Of a DNA stretch of 64,000 nt, positions 9,653 to 17,910 are shown in pieces. Source of the DNA: a virus; the IMG/VR virus record IMGVR_UViG_3300027870_000001, positions 1 to 64,000 of that record; one strand, written 5' to 3'. The position numbers and the translations under genes were made by a program. Numbering within the stretch: position 1 is the first letter of the stretch; each line of letters begins with the position of its first letter. Below the pieces are notes generated by a model. It worked only from the letters and a program-made list of their open reading frames with translations, ran no database searches and was not told where the DNA came from.

Positions 9653-10206
9653 GCGCCTCAGCTCCCGTGACAGGCCCTCCCGGTCCATCAGGGCACCCGC
9701 ACCCGCCCCGGGCCGTCTCGGAACACCTGGGACGCCAATCCCGTCACGGTGTGCTGTGGCTGCCCGTCGGTCCGCCGGCCTCGGGGAAGTCCGAGCTGGC
9801 AGCCCGTCTCCTCGCCACCGGGCAGATCGACGAGGACGCGATCGTCGGGATCACCCGGCTCCGCCAGATGTTCACCGGCTCGCTCCGCAACCGGGGCTCC
9901 GACGCCGCCGTGTTCGAGTTCGCGGACCGCCTCACCCGAGAACGGCTCCGCCACGGCTGCGCGGTGTACCGCGACGGCACCAACCTCGACGCCAAACGCC
10001 GGGACGCCCTCGTCGCCTCCCTGCCACCCGACACCAAGATCGTGACCGTGGTCCTCAACCCGCCGCTCGCCCAACTCCGGGCCACCAACGCAGCGTCCCC
10101 TGAGCCGCTCCCCGACGACGTCCTCGTCCGTCTCCACCACGTCGTGAACGACCTCGCCTGGGCGGACCTGCCCGGCACCGTCGTCCCCGCCTTCGAGGTG
10201 CCATGA
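9649..10206 (+). CDS. P-loop kinase (AAA_33/polynucleotide kinase-like)
   Basis: GPPASGKS Walker A; DGTNL...R motif. Confidence 0.7.
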   Translation: MSASAPVTGPPGPSGHPHPPRAVSEHLGRQSRHGVLWLPVGPPASGKSELAARLLATGQIDEDAIVGITRLRQMFTGSLRNRGSDAAVFEFADRLTRERLRHGCAVYRDGTNLDAKRRDALVASLPPDTKIVTVVLNPPLAQLRATNAASPEPLPDDVLVRLHHVVNDLAWADLPGTVVPAFEVP

Positions 10207-10496
10207 GCGGCACCCCGGCAGGGTACGGCAAGGATCCGTCGCCGTGCCCGATGATGGAGGCTGCGGCGATCGCGCTGGCTGGACTGCACCGTGACCGGTC
10301 GATCGGGTCCATGGCGTTCCCTCCTCCGCCCGGGTCGGTGGGCCCGTGGCTGGGCGCGTTCTTCGCCCAGGTGACGATCACCCAAGCGTGGACCGCGGCG
10401 CGGGCCCACGGCTGGCGGACGGCGAGGGTGATCGACCTCCCGGATCTGGAGGCTGTGGTGGCGTGCGAGCGCCGGTTCCATGGCGTCTCGACCTGA
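10203..10496 (+). CDS. Hypothetical protein
   Basis: ATGA coupling to the upstream gene. Confidence 0.5.
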   Translation: MSGTPAGYGKDPSPCPMMEAAAIALAGLHRDRSIGSMAFPPPPGSVGPWLGAFFAQVTITQAWTAARAHGWRTARVIDLPDLEAVVACERRFHGVST

Positions 10497-10510
10497 CCCC
10501 GCTTGCGCCT

Positions 10511-10532
10511 ACTGTCTCGGATCGGCTACAGT
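10511..10532 (+). promoter_or_regulatory. Dyad promoter element, -35 TTGCGC, leaderless ATG 10540
   Basis: ACTGTCTCGGATCGGCTACAGT. Confidence 0.9.
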
Positions 10533-10539
10533 GGCAGGC

Positions 10540-10932
10540 ATGGACGCACCCGACCCCAAGGAACCCACCATGCCCACCGAACCCGTGATCTTCTACACCG
10601 TGCGAGACGGCTTCACCGTCAAGCTCAACCCCGCCCGCAGCTTCACCGCCCGGGACCTGGAGCTGAACCAGTGGGTCGACCGGCACAACGCCGCCGTCGC
10701 CGCCCCCACCGTGGTCGAGGGCGTCACCCTCCAGGCGATCCGGCACGTGGCCGACATCGTGCACAACGCCCAGACCATCGGGCTCGACGACCCGCTGTGG
10801 CGCGAGCAGGTCGGGATCCCCCTCGTCGGAGCCATCCGCAACACCCTCAACTGGGATCTCGGGCGCCTCGACGGCGGCACCCTCGACGCCGTGGTCTGCG
10901 ACCTCCTCGTCGAGCTCGGAGCCGACCTGTGA
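10540..10932 (+). CDS. Hypothetical protein (MDAP start; second SD-led ATG at 10570)
   Basis: ORF track and promoter spacing. Confidence 0.65.
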   Translation: MDAPDPKEPTMPTEPVIFYTVRDGFTVKLNPARSFTARDLELNQWVDRHNAAVAAPTVVEGVTLQAIRHVADIVHNAQTIGLDDPLWREQVGIPLVGAIRNTLNWDLGRLDGGTLDAVVCDLLVELGADL

Positions 10933-11144
10933 AGCGGGCCATCGTCTCCTACGGCCGCAAGGTCGCCACCATGGACGTGGCCACCGGCAATGCCGCCTTC
11001 GGGGACACCCCCGAGGAGCGTGAGGCCGAGCTGGAGGCCATCGCCATGCGGATCCGCCACCGGGTCGTCCAGGGTCACACCGAGGGCAACGCCATGGACA
11101 CCAACGGGAACACCGTCGGCACCTGGAAGGCCACCAGCCGATGA
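10929..11144 (+). CDS. Hypothetical protein (DTNGNTVG.W motif)
   Basis: GTGA coupling. Confidence 0.6.
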   Translation: MKRAIVSYGRKVATMDVATGNAAFGDTPEEREAELEAIAMRIRHRVVQGHTEGNAMDTNGNTVGTWKATSR

Positions 11145-11581
11145 CCGACACCGAGGAACTGACCGCCCGGCTGTGGACCTACAAGCACCGGTACCTCCGC
11201 CGCGACGGCGGCATCGGCCACGCCTGGATCGCCCACAACGACGAGGAGGTCAGCTACGACGCTGCCCCCTCCGGGGCGGTCATCGGCGGGCTCTACAAGG
11301 TCGAGTGCACCCTGTCCGGTGACCGGGCGCGCCCCAAGAGCGCCGAGTTCACCGGCGACCGCGCGGACGTCGACGAGGGCGTCCTGGTCGAGTGGCGCAC
11401 CGAAGATCGTGCCGCCGCCGTCGCCGCCGAGATTGAGAAGGCCCGCAAGCGACTCGCCAAGGAGGACGCAGACATCGGTGACCTCACCCTCCACCAGGCC
11501 CGACGGCTGCTCGCGAAGGGGCTCCCCCACCAGAAGGCCGCGACCGCCGCGGTCATCCTCCGCTACCTGTACCTGGCGTGA
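11141..11581 (+). CDS. Hypothetical protein
   Basis: Coupled ORF with typical codon usage. Confidence 0.65.
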   Translation: MTDTEELTARLWTYKHRYLRRDGGIGHAWIAHNDEEVSYDAAPSGAVIGGLYKVECTLSGDRARPKSAEFTGDRADVDEGVLVEWRTEDRAAAVAAEIEKARKRLAKEDADIGDLTLHQARRLLAKGLPHQKAATAAVILRYLYLA

Positions 11582-11814
11582 GCGACTACGCCCGCAACGA
11601 CTTCACGTGGTTCGAGGAGGTGTGGGAGTGGCCGGTCGGGTGGATGGCGTGCGAACACCCCGAACGGCCACCCGACAAGGACATGATCTGGCACCCCCGC
11701 TGCCGGCCCTGCCACCTCAAGGCCCTCGCGGAGCTGGCACTCCACCCCGACGAACCCGAGCGGATCATGCTCGTCTACGCCACCGACCCCAACGGCAACG
11801 GCACCTGGGATTGA
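11578..11814 (+). CDS. Hypothetical protein
   Basis: Coupled ORF. Confidence 0.55.
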   Translation: MSDYARNDFTWFEEVWEWPVGWMACEHPERPPDKDMIWHPRCRPCHLKALAELALHPDEPERIMLVYATDPNGNGTWD

Positions 11815-11821
11815 CCCGGTG

Positions 11822-11844
11822 CCTGTCGCCCATCGTGTTACAGT
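11822..11844 (+). promoter_or_regulatory. Dyad promoter element, leadered (SD AGGAGG, ATG 11872)
   Basis: CCTGTCGCCCATCGTGTTACAGT. Confidence 0.75.
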
Positions 11845-11871
11845 CGGCCCCAGCCGGAAGGAGGAACCACC

Positions 11872-12045
11872 ATGGAGCAGACCAGCCAGGCCGTGATCGA
11901 CGCCCTCGTGGCGCTCGTCACCGACACCATCGCAGACACCCAGCTCACCGCGGGAGGCAACACCTCCCTCGATGACACGGTCGACGTGATCCTCGACGGC
12001 TACCCCCACGACGTGCGCGAGCGCGTCCTCCAGGCGGTCGCCTGA
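11872..12045 (+). CDS. Small hypothetical protein (57 aa, absent from the ORF track)
   Basis: Strong SD; MEQTSQAVIDALVALV...; stop overlaps the next ATG. Confidence 0.65.
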   Translation: MEQTSQAVIDALVALVTDTIADTQLTAGGNTSLDDTVDVILDGYPHDVRERVLQAVA

Positions 12046-12272
12046 TGGCAGAAGCCCAGTGGAAGGCCTCCCGAGGTGTGCGGATGCAACTGACCGCAGA
12101 CCTCGCGGAGGTCGCCGCCGGCCTCTCGGGCATCCGGTCGAAACGGAACCGGGAATCGAACCCGGTGGTGCTCGGCGCGCTCGCCCGCGTCGACACCGCG
12201 ATCGTGGAGCTGGCCAAGGCGTGCGCCGAGCTGTCCGCCGACGCAGCCGAACCTCCCGACCCAACAGACTGA
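12045..12272 (+). CDS. Hypothetical protein
   Basis: TGATG coupling. Confidence 0.55.
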   Translation: MAEAQWKASRGVRMQLTADLAEVAAGLSGIRSKRNRESNPVVLGALARVDTAIVELAKACAELSADAAEPPDPTD

Positions 12273-12284
12273 CCGGAGCCCCCC

Positions 12285-13322
12285 GTGTCCCAGATCCTCG
12301 CCGTCCGCGGCAACAACCCCCTGCGCGCCCTCGAACGAATCGAGTGGCCCGCCGAGCTGGCCGTAGCCGGCGAAGCGACCGTCGACGTGGTCGACGAGAT
12401 CCCGGTCCGGGCCACCGTCGGCGCCACCGGATCGCACGTCACCGGCGTCGACTCCGATGCTGACGTGATCGTGGTCCAGAACCCCCTCGACCGGTTCCTC
12501 GCTGAGTCGGTTGTCGCGGCCAAGCGCGAAGGCCGACGGATCGTGGTTGACGTCGACGTCGACTGGTGGACGATCCCCCCTCACGCCGCCGGCCACCGGT
12601 CCACCACGAGCCTGCACTCCTCCAAGAAGTGGCTGGACCTCGCCGTGAGCGCCGCCGACCTGATCACCGTCCCCTCGGCCCGTCTCCTCGACCGGTTCGC
12701 TGGGACCGACGTCGAAGCCACGGTGCTCCGCCCGAAGATCCCCGAGCAGCTCATCGTCGACCCCGAGACGATCACCGGCACCGGGCCGTCCCAGATCGTG
12801 TGGTACGGGTCGACCGCCGACCAGCCCGACGACCTGGGCCCGGTGTCCAGGCCGGTGCGCGAGCTGCTCCGCACCGGCCGCGCCCGGCTCACGATCATCG
12901 GCCCCGAGGCAGGGATCGCCCGAGCGTTCGGTGCCCCGTTCGACGCCAACTCGTTCTGGATCTCCGGTGAGCTCGAACCGATGGCAGCGTTCGAGCTGCT
13001 CGCCGCACGGGCCGGGCAGATCGGGATCGCCCCGTTCAAGGACGTGGTCTTCAACAAGGCCCGCGGGTGGTCGTGGCCGCTGCTCTACGCGGCGTGCGGT
13101 CTGGTCCCGGTGATGTCGCCGCTCCCCGAGCACGAGCTGCTCAAGGAGGAGCACGGGATCGGGGTCCTGGTCGACCAGGGGTCGGACTGGCGGTCGACGC
13201 TCACCCGCCTCTCGGTCCGGTCCGACGAGCGCCTGGACCTGGCGCGCGCCGCCGCGACCGGGGTCGGGGCGTTGACGTTCGAGGCAGCGGCTGCCGAGTG
13301 GGCGTTGGCGTGGCTGGGGTGA
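12285..13322 (+). CDS. Glycosyltransferase (GT-B fold, GT4-like)
   Basis: IVVDVDVDW, ADLITVPS..L, IVWYGS, IGIAPF...FNKAR..LYAACG.PV.S. Confidence 0.7.
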   Translation: MSQILAVRGNNPLRALERIEWPAELAVAGEATVDVVDEIPVRATVGATGSHVTGVDSDADVIVVQNPLDRFLAESVVAAKREGRRIVVDVDVDWWTIPPHAAGHRSTTSLHSSKKWLDLAVSAADLITVPSARLLDRFAGTDVEATVLRPKIPEQLIVDPETITGTGPSQIVWYGSTADQPDDLGPVSRPVRELLRTGRARLTIIGPEAGIARAFGAPFDANSFWISGELEPMAAFELLAARAGQIGIAPFKDVVFNKARGWSWPLLYAACGLVPVMSPLPEHELLKEEHGIGVLVDQGSDWRSTLTRLSVRSDERLDLARAAATGVGALTFEAAAAEWALAWLG

Positions 13323-13582
13323 ACGAGCAGACCCACCGGGCGGAGGGCCGGCTGGTCCGGTACCGGTCGGCAGCGAAGGTCCAGACCGAGGCTGGGGTCC
13401 CGAAGTCGATGTCGTCGGACGTGGTGATCGAGGTCGAGGCCAACGACCCGGGCCGTCACCTCGTGAAGGTGGCGGGGGCGTGGGTCGATGCCGAGACGCT
13501 CCCGGTCGGGGTTGACATCGCGGACGTGACGGTCGAGGTGACGGTGGTCCTCCGCTGGCCTGACCAACCATCCTTGCGCTAA
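13319..13582 (+). CDS. Hypothetical protein
   Basis: GTGA coupling. Confidence 0.55.
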   Translation: MNEQTHRAEGRLVRYRSAAKVQTEAGVPKSMSSDVVIEVEANDPGRHLVKVAGAWVDAETLPVGVDIADVTVEVTVVLRWPDQPSLR

Positions 13583-13603
13583 CTGTCTCGGATCGGCTAC
13601 AGT
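13582..13603 (+). promoter_or_regulatory. Dyad promoter element, -35 TTGCGC, leaderless ATG 13611 (11-codon minigene)
   Basis: CCTTGCGCTAACTGTCTCGGATCGG is identical to the copy at 2672. Confidence 0.9.
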
Positions 13604-13642
13604 CGGGGCTATGGAAGCACCCGCCGCCACGAACAGGAGCCG

Positions 13643-14203
13643 ATGATGGCGTTCACCATGCCCAACCGTTACCCCGGAGACTGCAAGGGATGCGGCCGAG
13701 CCGTGCCCCCCGGCGCCGGCCTCGCCGTCAAGACCAACGGGTCCTGGCACACCGAGCACCTCGACTGCGAGGAATGGGCCCACGAGCACCCCGCTCCCGC
13801 TGCCCTCGTGAAGGCCGTCGCCGCCGCGCCCACCGGGCCGACCCCTGACGTCGCCGCTGGCCGCTACGCCGTCCTCGACCCGGTCGACGGGGTCCTCAAG
13901 TTCTACAAGGTCGACCGGCCCACCGAAGGCCGCTGGAAGGGCTACACGTTCCTCAAGGTCTACGCCTCCGACGAGACGTGGCCCATCCGCGACCACACCC
14001 ACCGGGACCTGATCCTCACCGCGATCGCTGCCGATGCCCGCGGGGCGATGGAACGCTACGGGGCCGAGATCGGCAAGTGCGGTCGCTGTGGCCGCACCCT
14101 CACCGACGAGGCGTCCCGCGCCCGAGGCATCGGCCCCGACTGCTGGTCGATGCTCAACGAAGGCCGGGGCACCCACGGCCGCAACCAGGCCGCTGTCGCC
14201 TGA
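13643..14203 (+). CDS. DUF6011-like zinc-ribbon protein
   Basis: CGRCGRTLTDEASRARGIGPDC; N-terminal CKGC..H..C. Confidence 0.7.
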   Translation: MMAFTMPNRYPGDCKGCGRAVPPGAGLAVKTNGSWHTEHLDCEEWAHEHPAPAALVKAVAAAPTGPTPDVAAGRYAVLDPVDGVLKFYKVDRPTEGRWKGYTFLKVYASDETWPIRDHTHRDLILTAIAADARGAMERYGAEIGKCGRCGRTLTDEASRARGIGPDCWSMLNEGRGTHGRNQAAVA

Positions 14204-14535
14204 TGGCCAAGCTCCTCCGGGCCAAGCTGCGGATCACGGCCAGCCACTTCCGCGAGATCGACTTCGCCCCCGAGTCGATGGACGAGCACGCCCGGCTCCG
14301 TCACGGCACCGAGCTGGTCGTGGTCGCCCTCGACCGCAACGAGACAGCCGCGGTGACCTACGGGCTCCGCCTCAACTGCGTCGCCCACGGCTGCGACCCG
14401 CACCACGCCGACGACGGCCAGGTGTCCCCCAGGCCGAACTGGACGCTCGAAGAACTCCAGGCTGACCCGACGGTCAACGGCCACGCCGCCGACGTCGTCG
14501 AGCAGCTCACCACCCCCTGGACGGAGGTCCAATGA
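14203..14535 (+). CDS. Hypothetical protein
   Basis: TGATG coupling. Confidence 0.55.
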   Translation: MAKLLRAKLRITASHFREIDFAPESMDEHARLRHGTELVVVALDRNETAAVTYGLRLNCVAHGCDPHHADDGQVSPRPNWTLEELQADPTVNGHAADVVEQLTTPWTEVQ

Positions 14536-15128
14536 AGAAGATCCCCACCCTGCTCCGCCGCGACCCAGACAACCGAGCGAAGGTGCTCGACGAGGTCACC
14601 CCGGGATGCGAGTGGGTGATGGCCGGCGACGGCCGACCGACCCGCAAGTACGACGGCGTCTGCGTCCTCATCGTGATCGGCCGGCTGATCCACCTCAGCG
14701 CCGGGGAACGGATCATCACGGGGTACGTCCGCCGCAACGTCAAGCCCGGCAAGCCGACCCCCGACGGGTTCATCCACGTCGAGACGGACCCGGTGACCGG
14801 GATCACCTTCGGGTGGGAACCGGTCCACGGGACGGGGTTCCACCGGTTCTTCGAGGAGGCCGTCACCAACCACAACGGAGCGGAGATGGGTCCGCTGGTC
14901 GACGGGACCTACGAGCTGTGCGGCCCGAGGATCAACGGCAACCCGGAGGGGCTCGACCAGCACCTGCTGTTCTCCCACGACCGGGCCGAGACGGTCGGGT
15001 TCGCCCTCGACCACCCACTCGGGTTCCAGGAGCTACGCGAAGGCGTCGCGCTGCTCGCCCCGTGGGAGGGCGTGGTCTGGCACCACGACGACGGGCGCAT
15101 GGCCAAGCTCAAGCGCCGCGACCTCTGA
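14532..15128 (+). CDS. RNA ligase-like nucleotidyltransferase (DUF5565-like)
   Basis: KYDG (motif I), GTYELCGP.INGNPE, EGVVW...MAKLKRRD. Confidence 0.7.
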   Translation: MKKIPTLLRRDPDNRAKVLDEVTPGCEWVMAGDGRPTRKYDGVCVLIVIGRLIHLSAGERIITGYVRRNVKPGKPTPDGFIHVETDPVTGITFGWEPVHGTGFHRFFEEAVTNHNGAEMGPLVDGTYELCGPRINGNPEGLDQHLLFSHDRAETVGFALDHPLGFQELREGVALLAPWEGVVWHHDDGRMAKLKRRDL

Positions 15129-15130
15129 CC

Positions 15131-15796
15131 TCAGACGAGGGACGGCACCGTGACGTCGCCGTCCTGGCGGAGCAACTGGTCGAACGTCGCGGTGTCCATG
15201 TAGAACGCGCCGCTCATCCCCCACGAGGCGCCCCAACTGTTGAGGAACCGCCACCGACCGGCCCCGCGCTGGTCGTACCCCGTGCACACGTACTCGTGGC
15301 CACCGACGACCCTGCCACCGAGGTGGACGTGGTGGCCGGCGTCCGGGGTGAACATCTCGTCATACCAGTCGGTGCCGACGAGGAACGGGCCCTTGGCGAT
15401 CGCCCCGATGGCGTGCTCCAGACCGAAGGCGTGGGTGAACGACTTGATGAGCCCCGCCTGTCGAGCGGCCTTGCAGACCGCGAGCCCGGACCCTCCCGGA
15501 TCACCCGGCGGGTACACCGGCCCGCCCTGGAGGATCGTCTCGGCGTGGTAGAGCGCGAGAGCATCGGCCTCGGTGACCCGCAGGCCCTTGGCGAACCCGG
15601 GAGCGGTCATCCTCCACTGCTCCAGAGCGTTCGCAGTGCACGACCCGACGTCGCCCTGGTCGAGGACCCCGCCGTAGTGCCGCCACGACACGACCTTCGC
15701 GGTCGCGGTCGGGGCCGGGAACGCCCGGGACCTCTCGTCGTGATCAACGCGCCGGCCGAGGAGATGGTCACCGAGAACGAGAGGCATGACGCCCAT
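15131..15796 (-). CDS. Papain-like (C1) cysteine protease
   Basis: LDQGDVGSCTAN, GGHEY, NSWGASWG; start is 15796 or 15787. Confidence 0.8.
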   Translation of the reverse strand: MGVMPLVLGDHLLGRRVDHDERSRAFPAPTATAKVVSWRHYGGVLDQGDVGSCTANALEQWRMTAPGFAKGLRVTEADALALYHAETILQGGPVYPPGDPGGSGLAVCKAARQAGLIKSFTHAFGLEHAIGAIAKGPFLVGTDWYDEMFTPDAGHHVHLGGRVVGGHEYVCTGYDQRGAGRWRFLNSWGASWGMSGAFYMDTATFDQLLRQDGDVTVPSLV

Positions 15797-15968
15797 GATC
15801 GCAGACGCCCCCCACCGCGACCGCGACCATCCGCGCTTCGCGTCCGGGCCGCAACTACCTTCCCGACTGCGACGACGACCAGGGAGAGGGTTCATGGGCC
15901 AATCGGCCGGATCACCCGCCACCGACGACCAGCAACCCGCTGGGCCGAGGCGATGCACGGACGGGACG

Positions 15969-16193
15969 ATGCACCACACGTGGTGTGTCCACGGGGACCC
16001 TGAGCGCCCTCGTGGGTTCCGTGGAGCGTTCTGCGGGCGCTGCCCGCTCGTCGTGCTCACCCTCGCCGTGTGGGCGCAGGTGGACCCGGAGGCGTTCGCG
16101 ATCACCGTCGACCCGAACGGGATCCAACGGGCGTGGATCACGGCGAAGGTGCTGCCCGAGCTGGCCAACGACCGGATGCGAGCCGAAGGGTGA
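15969..16193 (+). CDS. Hypothetical protein
   Basis: Coupled to the downstream nuclease; start uncertain. Confidence 0.4.
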   Translation: MHHTWCVHGDPERPRGFRGAFCGRCPLVVLTLAVWAQVDPEAFAITVDPNGIQRAWITAKVLPELANDRMRAEG

Positions 16194-16576
16194 CCCCGAG
16201 GCGTCGCACGGCCAAGCGGCCGAGCAAGGCGATCGTCGCACCCGAGGCCATGCCGAAGGGCCAGCTCAACAAGCTCGTCTCCGAGGCCCGGTTCCAATCG
16301 GATCTGATCAAGGTGCTCGACGACCTCGGCTGGTGGTGGTGGCACGACCAGGACTCGCGCCGCAACAAGGCCGGGCTCCCCGACCTGATCCTCATCCGGC
16401 CCCCGCGGCTGGTGTTCGTCGAGCTCAAGCGTCAGCAGGGCCGGCGCAGGAAGGCCCAGATCACGGTCCTCGCGCTCCTGGCCCGCTGCCCGGGGGTCGA
16501 GGTGTACCTGTGGCGCCCAGCGGAGTGGAACGCCATCAAGGCGAACCTGGCCTCTCGTGAACGGCCCGCGGCATGA
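16190..16576 (+). CDS. VRR-NUC / PD-(D/E)XK endonuclease (resolvase-like)
   Basis: SEARFQ, GLPDLILIR, FVELK, Q..VL..L. Confidence 0.8.
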   Translation: MTPRRRTAKRPSKAIVAPEAMPKGQLNKLVSEARFQSDLIKVLDDLGWWWWHDQDSRRNKAGLPDLILIRPPRLVFVELKRQQGRRRKAQITVLALLARCPGVEVYLWRPAEWNAIKANLASRERPAA

Positions 16577-17454
16577 GCGCCGAGGCCACCGGGTGGGTGT
16601 TCCGTCACTCGCCGTACAAGGGCGCGGCGTTCGCGATCCACCTGTCGATCGCGGACTCGGTCAACGACCAGAACAACAACGAGTTCTGGATGAAGCAAGC
16701 CACCCTCGCGGACAAGGCCCGCACCGGTCGGCAGACGGTCAACACGACCATCGCCGCGATGATCGAGGACGGCTACCTGGAGGCCCTCGACGGCGACAAG
16801 GTCGGGTCCCGGCAGTCGCTCCACCAGGGTCGGTTGCTCCGGTTCCTGATGCCCGATCCGCTGTCGTCTCACACGACAGCGCCCCCCGGACCGCTGTCGC
16901 CTCACACGACAGCCGGGTGTCCTGAGATCGGACAGCCCGCTGTCGTCTCAGACGACAGCCAAGGAACCCAAGCTCTATCAACCCAAGAAGAACCCAAAAC
17001 CCCCCAGCCCCCGTCGGCTGCGCCGACCGCGTTCGGTGACCAAGTAGCCGCGGTGTTCACCCTGTGGCAACAGGTCGCCGGGCACCCCGCCGCGGTGCTC
17101 GACAACCCCCGGAAGCGCAAGATCGCCGCTGCGCTCCGCTCGCACGGCTTCGACGTCACCTGCGCCGCTGTGAACGGTCTGGTGCACTCGCCGTTCCACC
17201 TCGGAGAGAACGAACGCTCGACCCGCTACGACGGGCTCGGCGTGATCCTCAAGAACGCTGATGCGATCGAACGGTTCGCGGGTCTGCACCTCGACCCGGC
17301 GTCGCGGCCCCAGGTGAAAGATCCGCTCGCCGGCCTCGGTGGGCCACCGCCGGCCAGGTACGGGCCGCAGCCCGGGTCGGTCCCGGCGGGCGAGTCGGTC
17401 CACCCGGTCCTGGCCCGGCAACGACGCCGTGAGGCCGAGGCAGCTCACGCCTGA
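16573..17454 (+). CDS. Phage replication initiator (N-terminal winged HTH) with internal iterons
   Basis: LSIADSVND...FWMKQATLADKARTGRQTV; C-terminal F..W...R..KI..AL; repeats within the linker. Confidence 0.75.
   Translation: MSAEATGWVFRHSPYKGAAFAIHLSIADSVNDQNNNEFWMKQATLADKARTGRQTVNTTIAAMIEDGYLEALDGDKVGSRQSLHQGRLLRFLMPDPLSSHTTAPPGPLSPHTTAGCPEIGQPAVVSDDSQGTQALSTQEEPKTPQPPSAAPTAFGDQVAAVFTLWQQVAGHPAAVLDNPRKRKIAAALRSHGFDVTCAAVNGLVHSPFHLGENERSTRYDGLGVILKNADAIERFAGLHLDPASRPQVKDPLAGLGGPPPARYGPQPGSVPAGESVHPVLARQRRREAEAAHA
16860..17000. repeat. Putative origin: four 21-bp palindromic iterons and an A-rich tract
   Basis: GCTGTCGYCTCASACGACAGC at 16860, 16893 and 16939; degenerate inverted copy at 16916; A-rich 16961-17000. 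Confidence 0.75.
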
Positions 17455-17469
17455 CCCCCGCCTCGGTCG

Positions 17470-17492
17470 ACCGTCGCCGCTCGTGCTACAGT
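17470..17492 (+). promoter_or_regulatory. Dyad promoter element, leaderless GTG 17500
   Basis: ACCGTCGCCGCTCGTGCTACAGT. Confidence 0.8.
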
Positions 17493-17499
17493 TGCGCCC

Positions 17500-17910
17500 G
17501 TGGATAAGCCGTCGCTGATCAAGGTCATGGAGCGCCTCGCTGCCCCGTGCGGGGTCGTTGTCCACGACCAGCTCGTGACGGTGTGGATGGTCAAGCTCCA
17601 GGTGTTCGCTGACGACGTCGTCGACCGGGCCACCGACGCCTGGCTCACCGACCACCCCGGCGAGTTCCCGTCGGCCGACATCATGGTCACCGAGGTGAAG
17701 GCGGCAGTCGCTCGCAAGGCAGCGGACCTCACCGCCCGCAAGGCCCAGACCGCCCCCCACCGGGCCGGGCGCCTGTGGCCGGCCGCGATCCGCGAGGCCC
17801 AGTCGTGGGCCGAGACGCAGGACTTCGACGGCGACACCGACGCCAAGGCAGCAGCGATCCACGCCTACGCCACCCGCCGCCATGCCGAGCTGACCAAAGG
17901 ACTCAAGTGA
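17500..17910 (+). CDS. Helicase loader/inhibitor-like protein
   Basis: W...L.....V..A.D.W...GEFPS pattern; lies just after the initiator. Confidence 0.45.
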   Translation: MDKPSLIKVMERLAAPCGVVVHDQLVTVWMVKLQVFADDVVDRATDAWLTDHPGEFPSADIMVTEVKAAVARKAADLTARKAQTAPHRAGRLWPAAIREAQSWAETQDFDGDTDAKAAAIHAYATRRHAELTKGLK

